Source: Candidatus Woesebacteria bacterium
Lineage (GTDB): Bacteria > Patescibacteriota > Microgenomatia > UBA12405
Reading direction: 5' to 3'
DNA length: 64,000 nt
Assembly (NCBI GenBank): GCA_035402805.1
Contig: DAONDY010000002.1
Location: forward strand, 49,801 to 113,800
Every line of letters starts with the position of its first letter. Positions within the stretch are counted from its first letter, which is position 1. Below are positions 36,798-45,270 of this stretch, piece after piece. The notes beneath the pieces were generated by a model, which had not been told where the DNA came from, did not search any database, and saw only the letters and a program-made list of their open reading frames with translations. Made by a program: the position numbers and the translations under genes.

Positions 36798-39207
36798 AAT
36801 GAAATTATTCAACAAAAAAACACCACCAGCAAATAATCCGACTCCAGTAAAAGAGAACGAAAATCAAAGAGATTTTACGTCTGGATTGGTAACAACCAAA
36901 GATATAATTGCCCCCGCCTCTTTAGAGGTAGATTTCAATCATATTAGAATTGACAATAAATATTACCGAACCTTATTTGTGGCAGCATATCCGAGATTTG
37001 TAGGGATTAATTGGCTGTCATCATTAATTAATTTTGATTCATCTTTAAACATTTCGATGTTTATTTATCCGACTGATGGAAAAGAAGTTTTAGATGATTT
37101 GAGAAGAAAAATTACGGAAATGGAGGCTGAATTGAGCACTGATATTCAAAGAGGAAGATTGATTAATCCAGCAACCCAAGCAAAATTGGAAGATGCCTTA
37201 AATTTACAAGCCAACTTGGTCAAAGGAGAGGAAAGATTTTTTCAATTCGGGCTTTATATCACGATAACCGCAGACACAGTGGCAGAATTGGATAGAACCA
37301 ATAAAAATTTAGAGGCAGCTTTAGGATCGCTTTTGATTGTGAGTAAAAGGGCCACTTTGCAAATGGAAGACGGTTTTATAACAACATTGCCAATTTGTCG
37401 AGATAAATTGTCGATTAGTCGAAACATGGATACAACATCTTTGGCAACAACTTTCCCTTTTGTATCTTCTGATTTATCCGATGATAGGGGTGTTATGTAT
37501 GGGGTTAATATGCACAATGGGTCGCTGGTTATTTTTGATCGATTTTCAATGCAAAATTACAATTCAGTAGTTTTTGCGACAGCCGGTGCTGGTAAGTCTT
37601 ATTTAATTAAACTGGAAGTGCTTCGATCATTAATGATGGGGACTGAAATTATTGTCATCGATCCAGAAAATGAATATAGAGAATTATGTGTTAGTTCTGG
37701 TGGTCAATATATTGCTTTTGGTTATGGAGAGGGTTCTAAAATTAATCCATTTGATTTAACTTTAGCCGAAGAAGAGGGTGAAAATGGTTTAAATACTAAA
37801 ATTCTATCGCTTCATAAATTATTAAAAGTAATGTTGGGAGAAATGGATCCAATCGAAGAGTCAATTATGGATAGAGCAATGATGGATACCTATAAAATGA
37901 AGGGTATTACACCAGACCCAGCAACTCAAAATAAGGAGGCACCACTAATCGAAGATTTATATAAATCACTGATTGGGATGGAAGATGAAAAGGCAAAGAG
38001 CTTGGCTGCTAGATTGGAAAAATATATCAAAGGATCTTTTGCTGGAATTTTTAACCAAAAAACAACAGTGGAGTTAAATAATAAATTTGTGGTTTTTGGA
38101 ATTAAAAATCTAGAAGACGTGTTGAGACCAGTGGCTATGCAAATTATTTTGGACTATATTTGGACGGTAGTTAAAAAGACACTTAAAAAGAGAATACTGG
38201 TGGTTGATGAGGCTTGGTATTTAATGCAACATGAAGATTCGGCAGAATTTTTAAGAGGAATTGTTAAGAGAGGAAGAAAATACTATTTAGGAGTAACAAC
38301 AATTACCCAAGATGTGGATGATTTCTTGGAAACTGCCTATGGTAAGGAAATTGTTACTAATAGCGCAATCCAAATCTTATTAAAGCAACACAGTGCAGCA
38401 ATTGATCAAATTGGAGAAGTTTTTTATCTAAGTCAAGGGGAAAAACAGTTGTTATTATCGGCAAACAAGGGAGAAGGGATATTTTTTGCTGGACAAAATC
38501 ATGTGGCGATACAAGTAATTGCGTCAGAAGATGAACATAACTTAATTACATCGAATCCTGAGGATGTGTTAAAAAAACAAAATCTGTTGGGTAACTCCAA
38601 ACCAGATAATGGTTTTAAGGCGCCGATTCAAAATCCCTCTGTCAATAAATTGACATCTCCCTTTGATGAAAGGGAGAAATTAAAAATAGAAGAAGTTAAA
38701 AAAGTTGAAGTGGTACCTAAAATTAATATTCCAGAAATAAAAACCATAGAAATTGAAAACAAAATAAATAAACCGGTTGAACTTGAAGAAAAAAAGCCTT
38801 TAGTACCAGAAAATCAAATTAAACCAGAAATAAAAGATGAATCGGTTTTATTTAAAAAACCAGAAGTGGTAGTAATTCAAAACCCCTCAGTCCCCGATAA
38901 ATCAGTGACAGCTCCCCTTGATAAAAGGGAGCCATTAAAACTAGAAATAAATAAACCTGTTGAAATTAAAGTTGAAGAAGTTAAAAATGAAATCAAAAAA
39001 CCAATTTTTATAAAAAACGAGGAAAAGAGTATTCCCCAACCACCACAATTAAGCAAAAAACCACAACCAGTGTTTGACTTAAACCCACCTGCCCCCGTCG
39101 GGGCACCCTCCCTTGAAAATGGAGGGCAAAAAAATATAAGTGAAACGAAAAAAGATAATTCTGGAAAGATGGATTATGATAAATTGTTTGGTAACGGAAT
39201 AGTCTAG
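36784..39207 (+). CDS. virB4: VirB4/TrbE/CagE-like conjugation-type ATPase with a ~200-aa repeat-derived low-complexity C-terminal tail
   Basis: Walker A VFATAGAGKSYL; Walker B ILVVDEAWYLM; 807 aa. The tail contains repeats A5, A6 and A7. Confidence 0.85.
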   Translation: MEKNKMKLFNKKTPPANNPTPVKENENQRDFTSGLVTTKDIIAPASLEVDFNHIRIDNKYYRTLFVAAYPRFVGINWLSSLINFDSSLNISMFIYPTDGKEVLDDLRRKITEMEAELSTDIQRGRLINPATQAKLEDALNLQANLVKGEERFFQFGLYITITADTVAELDRTNKNLEAALGSLLIVSKRATLQMEDGFITTLPICRDKLSISRNMDTTSLATTFPFVSSDLSDDRGVMYGVNMHNGSLVIFDRFSMQNYNSVVFATAGAGKSYLIKLEVLRSLMMGTEIIVIDPENEYRELCVSSGGQYIAFGYGEGSKINPFDLTLAEEEGENGLNTKILSLHKLLKVMLGEMDPIEESIMDRAMMDTYKMKGITPDPATQNKEAPLIEDLYKSLIGMEDEKAKSLAARLEKYIKGSFAGIFNQKTTVELNNKFVVFGIKNLEDVLRPVAMQIILDYIWTVVKKTLKKRILVVDEAWYLMQHEDSAEFLRGIVKRGRKYYLGVTTITQDVDDFLETAYGKEIVTNSAIQILLKQHSAAIDQIGEVFYLSQGEKQLLLSANKGEGIFFAGQNHVAIQVIASEDEHNLITSNPEDVLKKQNLLGNSKPDNGFKAPIQNPSVNKLTSPFDEREKLKIEEVKKVEVVPKINIPEIKTIEIENKINKPVELEEKKPLVPENQIKPEIKDESVLFKKPEVVVIQNPSVPDKSVTAPLDKREPLKLEINKPVEIKVEEVKNEIKKPIFIKNEEKSIPQPPQLSKKPQPVFDLNPPAPVGAPSLENGGQKNISETKKDNSGKMDYDKLFGNGIV
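38631..38678 (+). repeat. Family A repeat copy A5 (inside the VirB4 tail, in frame)
   Basis: aaatccctctgtcaataaattgacatctccctttgatgaaagggagaa. Confidence 0.75.
38881..38931 (+). repeat. Family A repeat copy A6 (inside the VirB4 tail)
   Basis: aacccctcagtccccgataaatcagtgacagctccccttgataaaagggag. Confidence 0.7.
39087..39130 (+). repeat. Degenerate family A-like copy A7 (inside the VirB4 tail)
   Basis: cctgcccccgtcggggcaccctcccttgaaaatggagggc keeps the two-hairpin architecture. Confidence 0.5.
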
Positions 39208-39223
39208 AGAAGATTGCTATAAT

Positions 39224-41068
39224 TTGATGATGGCAAATGGTGTTAGAGATAAAATTAACGAGCTTTCTGGTGATAGCAGATTTTTGTCTGCAGTTATTGA
39301 AAATATCTTTCAAGAAAAAGAAATAAAAACCAGTAGGGAGGAGGTTGGTGAATTGGTAAGGGTTATTGGGCAAGAATCTAGAGGTAAAAGCGAGAGTGAA
39401 ATTCAAATAGAGGCAAAAAAAATCAGTTTAGAAATTGAAAGGTGGAAAGAAAAAAATCCCGATTTGTCAAAAGAATATAAAAAAGAAGAATTCAAAAAAA
39501 ACTTTCACGAAGAGGCAAAAAAAATAAACCCTAGTTTAAGCGAAGAACAATCAAAAAAAATTGAAGAATATGGTGAATTAGTATCAGATAACTCCTTTGA
39601 TAAAAACGTTTTAGATGGTTATCAGAACGAAGCCTTAGAGGCTAACAAAGATTTTGGACCGGGAAAATTAGAAAACTCATGGTCTGATTTAAAACAGGTA
39701 GTTAATTTTATACAGAAAAGTCCAGAAGAAATAAAAAATATCAAAGATAAATACAATTCTTTAAAGGAGGGTTTAAAAGACGTTAAGGTTCCAAGTAATT
39801 CGAAAGAGGTTAGATCTTTTGAAAAGATTGTATCTAGTTTAAATAACCCAGGGACAGATCAATTATTTTCTAAAACAAAAAATTTTTTAGGTCGGTTGGA
39901 TAAAATAGATAAACTGACTGGTGGATGGTTAAATAAAACGGTAACTGACGCTGGAATGAAAATGGTGAGTAAGATTGGGAATCAGACAATACAAGAATTT
40001 GCAACGAATTCATTAAATGTATTAGTAAAGGAAGGATTTCAACAAGGATTTTCGACAGTTTTGAATGGAGTTTTAAGCGGAGGAGTAAAAGCAGCGGCAA
40101 CAACTGGAACAACAGGTGGAGTGGCAACAGCAACTGGAGTAGCAGCAACCAGTGCAACTGGAGCTGCGGCTGGTGCAACTGGAGCTGCGGCTGGTGGAGC
40201 AGCGGCGGCAACTGGAGCAGCGGCGGCAGGATTATCAGCGACTGGAATTGGAGCAATTGTTGTAGCTGCAGCGGCGGTTCTTAAAGTTGTAAAAGATGTG
40301 GGAAATAAAATAGCAGAAAAATTAGGAATTGATACTAAACAATTTTTTGAAGAAAAATTTGGAAAAGTAGGAGGATTTTTTGTTAAACAAACTATAAAAA
40401 TAACAACGATAACAACAATATCGTTAATACCAATAATTGTTGTTGGATTGGTTATTTTTTTGTTTATCAATGCAATATCTACGGGTTCTTCAGTTTCTAG
40501 TTTAGTGCCACCGGGTGATGAAGTTCAAATATCTGAGACATTGTATGATGAAACCTATGTTTCATCTAATGAACCAATTGTTTTACCGACAGTAATTAAA
40601 AACCAAAAACCAACTGGACAAATGATTGTAGATATGGCTCGATCTCTGTCGGCTAAGGTTTGTTATTATTGGGGCGGAAAAAGTAATGTTATTGGTATTG
40701 ATCCAAAATGGGGTCAAAAAATAACTCCTGATCATATGGGAAGAGATATTGCTGGGCTGGATTGTTCTGGTTTTGTTAATTGGGTTTATCACCAATATGG
40801 ATATAGTCTGGGAAAAATTAAAAGTATGTATGATAATTACACACCAATTAGTGAAAATGATTTACAACCTGGCGATATAGGAATTATAGGTTATGAAATA
40901 AATGGTAAAAATGGATGGCATGTAGGAATATTTACAGGAAGAGATGCTGAAGGTAAATCGATGTGGATTCACTCAGGGTCAACGTCAAAAAGTTTAGGTG
41001 TTTGTAAATCTGGTTTTGTGGCTGAAACTCATGATCCTGGATTTACAAAATTTGCGAGAATATTATAA
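39224..41068 (+). CDS. T4SS-associated cell-wall hydrolase: coiled-coil and Gly/Ala/Thr-rich region, TM, and C-terminal NlpC/P60 (CHAP-like) peptidase
   Basis: C-terminus GLDCSGFVNWVYHQYG...GDIGIIGY...WHVGIFTG (catalytic Cys/His). Low-complexity stretch AATTGTTGGVATATGVAATSATGAAAGATGAAAGG. Confidence 0.7.
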   Translation: MMMANGVRDKINELSGDSRFLSAVIENIFQEKEIKTSREEVGELVRVIGQESRGKSESEIQIEAKKISLEIERWKEKNPDLSKEYKKEEFKKNFHEEAKKINPSLSEEQSKKIEEYGELVSDNSFDKNVLDGYQNEALEANKDFGPGKLENSWSDLKQVVNFIQKSPEEIKNIKDKYNSLKEGLKDVKVPSNSKEVRSFEKIVSSLNNPGTDQLFSKTKNFLGRLDKIDKLTGGWLNKTVTDAGMKMVSKIGNQTIQEFATNSLNVLVKEGFQQGFSTVLNGVLSGGVKAAATTGTTGGVATATGVAATSATGAAAGATGAAAGGAAAATGAAAAGLSATGIGAIVVAAAAVLKVVKDVGNKIAEKLGIDTKQFFEEKFGKVGGFFVKQTIKITTITTISLIPIIVVGLVIFLFINAISTGSSVSSLVPPGDEVQISETLYDETYVSSNEPIVLPTVIKNQKPTGQMIVDMARSLSAKVCYYWGGKSNVIGIDPKWGQKITPDHMGRDIAGLDCSGFVNWVYHQYGYSLGKIKSMYDNYTPISENDLQPGDIGIIGYEINGKNGWHVGIFTGRDAEGKSMWIHSGSTSKSLGVCKSGFVAETHDPGFTKFARIL

Positions 41069-41087
41069 ATTAGTTTAAAATAGATAG

Positions 41088-41468
41088 ATGATTGATTTTT
41101 TAAAAAGATATTTTATCTTAATTGTTTTGGTTATTTTAGTAATAATTTTAATTTTTTTAAAGATTTTTTATGGAAACAATGATAAAAATCCTGATAATTA
41201 TTCCACAAAAATAACACCAACTGAAGTACCAGTACAAACATCTTTTGAAACCGAAAGTGAGGATATTGTTCCAGCTGAAGATTATGTATCAGTATTGCCA
41301 TATTTGGGTAAAAAAATGAAAATATTAGGAATTAAACGTCCAGGAGTTTTAGAGATAATGATTGGAGATGAAGCAGATAAAGATGAAGCTATAAAAGAAA
41401 TAGAGTTATGGAAAACAAAATATCCAACATTTAAGGAATACACTTCTGAATTTACGATTCGTAATTAA
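41088..41468 (+). CDS. Small membrane-anchored protein
   Basis: N-terminal TM followed by a soluble domain. Confidence 0.4.
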   Translation: MIDFLKRYFILIVLVILVIILIFLKIFYGNNDKNPDNYSTKITPTEVPVQTSFETESEDIVPAEDYVSVLPYLGKKMKILGIKRPGVLEIMIGDEADKDEAIKEIELWKTKYPTFKEYTSEFTIRN

Positions 41469-42587
41469 TTAGTCTTGTAATCTTACCGGCATAATAATGT
41501 GAGAAAAATCTGGATCGGATTGATCGCGGAAAAAAGCTGGAGTTAATGATTCATTCAATTCAATAATAATTTCTTGACTCTTACAAACATTTAAGAAATC
41601 CATTAAAAATTTGTAATTAAAGGCAATTTCTAAAACTTCACCATCAACTTTAGCATCAACAGTAGCTTTGTTTTGACCAATTTGGGGAGCATTGGCGGTC
41701 AATTCAATAGAATTGGATTTAATATTAAAACGAACGACATTAGCTGATTCTTTAGCAAAAACAGAAGCCATTTTAACCGCTTGAATAAATTCATCTTTGT
41801 TTAAAAAGACTTTAGTAGAAAAAGATTCAGGAACAATTCTTTGATATGCTGGATATTCGCCCTCTATAAGTCGAGAAACCAGCTCTATATCGTCTAAAAC
41901 GAAGACAACTTGATGTTCGTCGGTAGTTAAACCAATTTTGACTTTAGAGTTAGTTTTAGCGAGTTTAGTGACCTCTAAAAGGGATCTGGCGGGGATAAGA
42001 AAAGTGATTTGTTCGGTTTTTAAATCAATAGGATTAATTAATTTAATTTCTTTAAAAGATAATCTAAATCCATCAGTGGCAACTAGTTTTAGACTATCAG
42101 ACGTAAATTGACAAAGGATAGCGGTTAAAACTGGACGACTATCATCAACAGCAGCAGAAAAAGCAATTTGAGAAACGGCCTGAGTTAAAACATTTAAATC
42201 TAATTCAAAACAAGTATTAGGATTTAAAGAGGGAAAATCAGGATAATCTGTTGATGGATTAGTGGTAAAAGTTGATTCGGTTTTAGATGAAGATAAATTT
42301 AATAAATTATCACCTTTTAAAGAAATATCTATTTTTCCTGGAGTTAAATAAGAAACAAATTCAGTAATTTCACGCGAAGGAATAGTAATTGTCCCCTCTT
42401 CTTCGACTTTAGCACCAATCCAATAATTAATACTTAATTCTAAATTAGTGGCAGATAATTTAAGACGACCATTATCTGTGGATAATAAAATATTATTTAA
42501 AATAGGAAGTTGATTTTTAGAAGAAACAAATCGAGAAACGTTAGTTAGAGCAGTATTTAAATTTTCTTGTAAAAGGGAAAGTTTCAT
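41469..42587 (-). CDS. dnaN: DNA polymerase III beta sliding clamp
   Basis: 372 aa with a three-domain clamp architecture (MKLSLLQENL...); sits immediately downstream of dnaA. Confidence 0.85.
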   Translation of the reverse strand: MKLSLLQENLNTALTNVSRFVSSKNQLPILNNILLSTDNGRLKLSATNLELSINYWIGAKVEEEGTITIPSREITEFVSYLTPGKIDISLKGDNLLNLSSSKTESTFTTNPSTDYPDFPSLNPNTCFELDLNVLTQAVSQIAFSAAVDDSRPVLTAILCQFTSDSLKLVATDGFRLSFKEIKLINPIDLKTEQITFLIPARSLLEVTKLAKTNSKVKIGLTTDEHQVVFVLDDIELVSRLIEGEYPAYQRIVPESFSTKVFLNKDEFIQAVKMASVFAKESANVVRFNIKSNSIELTANAPQIGQNKATVDAKVDGEVLEIAFNYKFLMDFLNVCKSQEIIIELNESLTPAFFRDQSDPDFSHIIMPVRLQD

Positions 42588-42895
42588 TGTCTTATATTAT
42601 CAAAAAATGATTTTAATTTAAAGCTTTTATAAAAATGATTTATCAAAAAAATAGTAGTAATGGTTAGTAGAGGGTGTTGATAAGTGGAATAAAAATAAAA
42701 TTGACGGAAAGATATAGAAAAATTTATTTTTAATGGGAGTGAATTAATTAAAAATGATTCTAAAATAGGCATAATTTGATTTTTTGTCTTATAATTTGAT
42801 TTGGAGTTTGGGTAAGTTTCGGGGGAAAAATAAAAAATAAATTGTGGATAAAATTGTGGATAAGTGGTCTTATTAGGTGGATAACTTTTAAATAA
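42588..42895. other. Candidate oriC (dnaA-dnaN intergenic): AT-rich with clustered DnaA boxes
   Basis: tgttgataa at 42676-42684; tgtggataa at 42844-42852 and 42856-42864; gtggataac at 42877-42885. An AT-rich stretch lies at 42600-42660. Confidence 0.6.
42843..42886. promoter_or_regulatory. Cluster of three DnaA boxes (TTATCCACA on the reverse strand)
   Basis: attgtggataaaattgtggataagtggtcttattaggtggataac. Confidence 0.65.
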
Positions 42896-44233
42896 TTAAA
42901 AAGCACTTTTAATTTGGTTAATAAGTTGACGGGTTTGTGAATTAGTGGAAAAGTCACTGTGGATTTTGTCTCGAGCATGCATAATACTGGTGTGGTCACG
43001 ACCACCAAGGAGATGTCCAACTTCTTCTAAGGGTAGGTTTATTTGGGTTAGAAGTAGATAAGCAGTAATATGGCGGGCAGTAACTAAATCTTTTTTACGA
43101 CTTTTTCCACAAAGGTCACTAGTTTTGATATTAAAGTGTTTAGCACAAACTGAAATAATATGACGAGGATTTAGTTTAGTAGTTAGTTCAAAATTATTAG
43201 TTTGTAAATTAGGATTAAAAAAGTTTTGAACAAAAGGAAGATCAATATCCCCTATTTGTTGAGCCATAGCTTGAACAGAAATTTGTTGAAGTTTACCTTC
43301 AATTTCGCGGATATTTGATTCAATATTATTAGCTAAAAATTCGACAGCTTCGGGAGTAATTTTAATTCCCTTTTCTTCTATTTTTTGACTAATTATGGCA
43401 ATCCGCATTTCATAATCGGGAAGTTGAATATCAACAGTTAAACCACCCATAAAACGAGAAACGAGACGGTCTTCAAGATGATCAATTTCACTGGGTTTAC
43501 GATCAGAAGTTAAAATAACTTGTTTACCGTTCATGTGAAGAGAATTAAAAGTGTGAAAAAATTCTTCTTGGGTATATTCTTTTCCAGCAATAAATTGAAT
43601 ATCATCAACTAAAATACAATCTAAATTACGGTATTTATCTTTAAATTGGTTCATAGTTTTGCTCTTAAGAGCATTAACCAACTCATTACCAAAAGTTTCG
43701 GCGGAGAAGTATTTTATTTTTAAATCTGGATTTTTTTTGAGAAGTTCATGACCGATAGCTTGCATTAAATGAGTTTTACCAACACCTACCCCGCCCCAGA
43801 TAAAGAAAGGATTATAAGAAAGACCCGGGTTTTTTATAATTCCTTGGGCGGCAGCATAGGCAAAATTATTACTATTACCAACAACTAAAGTGTCAAAGGT
43901 ATATTTAGGGTGAAGATTAGAGTTATTAGTTTTATTTGGATTGTAGGAAAAAAGCGGAGTGGAATTGGTATCAGTATCAGTTTTGATAATTTCTTGAACA
44001 ATAAAATTAAGGGTATTATCGGCTTTAGTTTGATTATCGAGAGCGTTTTTGATGATGTCGTAATGGCGTTTTTTATTGAAATCAACAGAATAAGTGTTGG
44101 GACAACCAATAGTGGCAATATTATTTTCAATGTTTACGAGTTGGGTTTTTAAAACAAAAGTTTGAAAGATGGCTGGTGCAAGATTAATTTTCAACTCTTC
44201 TTGAGTATTTTTCCAAATTCGGTCAATATCCAT
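42896..44233 (-). CDS. dnaA: Chromosomal replication initiator DnaA
   Basis: AAA+ Walker A GGVGVGKTHLM; Walker B ILVDDIQF; C-terminal DNA-binding domain (RHITAYLL...GGRDHTSIMHA). Confidence 0.9.
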   Translation of the reverse strand: MDIDRIWKNTQEELKINLAPAIFQTFVLKTQLVNIENNIATIGCPNTYSVDFNKKRHYDIIKNALDNQTKADNTLNFIVQEIIKTDTDTNSTPLFSYNPNKTNNSNLHPKYTFDTLVVGNSNNFAYAAAQGIIKNPGLSYNPFFIWGGVGVGKTHLMQAIGHELLKKNPDLKIKYFSAETFGNELVNALKSKTMNQFKDKYRNLDCILVDDIQFIAGKEYTQEEFFHTFNSLHMNGKQVILTSDRKPSEIDHLEDRLVSRFMGGLTVDIQLPDYEMRIAIISQKIEEKGIKITPEAVEFLANNIESNIREIEGKLQQISVQAMAQQIGDIDLPFVQNFFNPNLQTNNFELTTKLNPRHIISVCAKHFNIKTSDLCGKSRKKDLVTARHITAYLLLTQINLPLEEVGHLLGGRDHTSIMHARDKIHSDFSTNSQTRQLINQIKSAF

Positions 44234-44238
44234 TTGAT

Positions 44239-44288
44239 ATCCCTCTTCCGCCGAAAGCGGATTTCCCCTTTTGATGAAAAGGAGACAA
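44239..44288 (+). repeat. Family A repeat copy A8 (variant)
   Basis: atccctcttccgccgaaagcggatttccccttttgatgaaaaggagac. Confidence 0.7.
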
Positions 44289-44332
44289 AATAATAATTAG
44301 GCAGTAAGATGGGCAAAAGTTTTAAATCGAAA

Positions 44333-44383
44333 TTGTGGAAAAATCGATTTGGTAATGTCTATATTAGATGAGTTTTCCACAAA
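44333..44383. promoter_or_regulatory. Inverted pair of DnaA-box-like 9-mers (TTTTCCACA) in the dnaA-rpmH intergenic region
   Basis: ttgtggaaaa at 44333-44342 and ttttccacaa at 44374-44383. Confidence 0.45.
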
Positions 44384-44400
44384 AGAAAAGATATCAAATG

Positions 44401-44450
44401 AAACCCCTTTGTCGATAAATCGACATCTCCCCTTGATGAAGGGGAGAAAT
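44401..44450 (+). repeat. Family A repeat copy A9
   Basis: aaacccctttgtcgataaatcgacatctccccttgatgaaggggagaaat. It produces the spurious N-terminal extension of the ORF called at 44349. Confidence 0.8.
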
Positions 44451-44489
44451 TATTTTTCTAATATAAAAAATAGATTTTGTGTTAAAATA

Positions 44490-44636
44490 ATGCCTATGGC
44501 TACAAAACAAACATTACAACGAAAAGCAAAAAAACATGCTCGTGTTCATGGATTTTTAAAAAGAATGATGGATCATGATGGTAGAAACGTGCTTAAAAGA
44601 AGAAGAACTAAGGGTAGAAAGAAAATAACTGCCTAA
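44490..44636 (+). CDS. rpmH: 50S ribosomal protein L34
   Basis: MPMATKQTLQRKAKKHARVHGFLKRMMDHDGRNVLKRRRTKGRKKITA. The start is ATG at 44490 or 44496. The ORF track's 44349 start runs through repeat A9 and is not credible. Confidence 0.8.
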   Translation: MPMATKQTLQRKAKKHARVHGFLKRMMDHDGRNVLKRRRTKGRKKITA

Positions 44637-44640
44637 AAAC

Positions 44641-44698
44641 AAATCCCCTCTGTCTCTCGACAGGCTCGAGACACCTCCCCTTAACAAAGGGAGAAGTC
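44641..44698 (+). repeat. Family A repeat copy A10
   Basis: aaatcccctctgtctctcgacaggctcgagacacctccccttaacaaagggagaagtc. Confidence 0.85.
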
Positions 44699-44722
44699 AT
44701 TATAAAATGATAAAATTTAGGT

Positions 44723-45070
44723 GTGTTAAAAAGAGAAAATAGAATTAGATCTAAGAAAGAATTTTTAGAAATTAAAAACAAAGGGAGAGTTTTGTACTCT
44801 CCCCTTTTTGGTTGGTTATTTTATAAAGAAAATGATGATCAAAAGAAATTTGGCTTTATTGTTTCTAAAAAAATTTCCAAAAGAGCAGTTGACAGAAATA
44901 GAATTAGAAGAATTTTATCGGAAATTATCAGAAATAATCTAGATAAATTTGAAGATGGAACAAGATTAGTCTTTTTAACAAAACAAGAAATTTTAGGAAA
45001 AAAGAAAGAAGAGGTTGAAAAAGAAGTTGATAAGTTTATCAAGTTGAAAGTTTATAAAGTTGAAAAGTGA
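44723..45070 (+). CDS. rnpA: RNase P protein component
   Basis: LKRENRIRSKKEFLEIKNKG...KKISKRAVDRNRIRR; follows rpmH. Confidence 0.85.
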   Translation: MLKRENRIRSKKEFLEIKNKGRVLYSPLFGWLFYKENDDQKKFGFIVSKKISKRAVDRNRIRRILSEIIRNNLDKFEDGTRLVFLTKQEILGKKKEEVEKEVDKFIKLKVYKVEK

Positions 45071-45270
45071 AAAAGCTGGTATTAAAAATATTGGTCTTTT
45101 ATAAAAAACATATTTCACGGGGAAATTATTGTCGATTTGTGCCTAGTTGTTCGGAATATACTTATCAGGCAATAAACAAATATGGAGTGACTAAAGGGCT
45201 GTTTTTGGGTTTTAAAAGAATAATGAAATGTAACTCCTTTTTTAAAGGCGGAGAAGATTTGGTAAAATGA
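45067..45270 (+). CDS. yidD: Membrane protein insertion efficiency factor YidD
   Basis: CRFVPSCSEYTYQAI...G...RIMKCNSFFKGGED. Confidence 0.8.
   Translation: MKKLVLKILVFYKKHISRGNYCRFVPSCSEYTYQAINKYGVTKGLFLGFKRIMKCNSFFKGGEDLVK

Noticed and set aside
39870-40470. Minus-strand ORFs of 128 aa and 143 aa rich in L/P/Q and A/P/V
   Set aside because: They are antisense read-through of the tandem-repeat tract that encodes the Gly/Ala/Thr region of the + strand hydrolase gene.
42584-43020. Small minus-strand ORFs (62 aa and 86 aa) in the dnaA-dnaN spacer
   Set aside because: They lie in the AT-rich DnaA-box region (candidate oriC), have low-complexity composition and overlap dnaA. They are most likely spurious.
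44349-44493. The 95-aa ORF start for rpmH given in the ORF track
   Set aside because: The upstream 47 codons are a read-through of family A repeat copy A9 (ETPLSINRHLPLMKGRNYF). The conserved L34 sequence starts at MPMATKQT, at 44490 or 44496.
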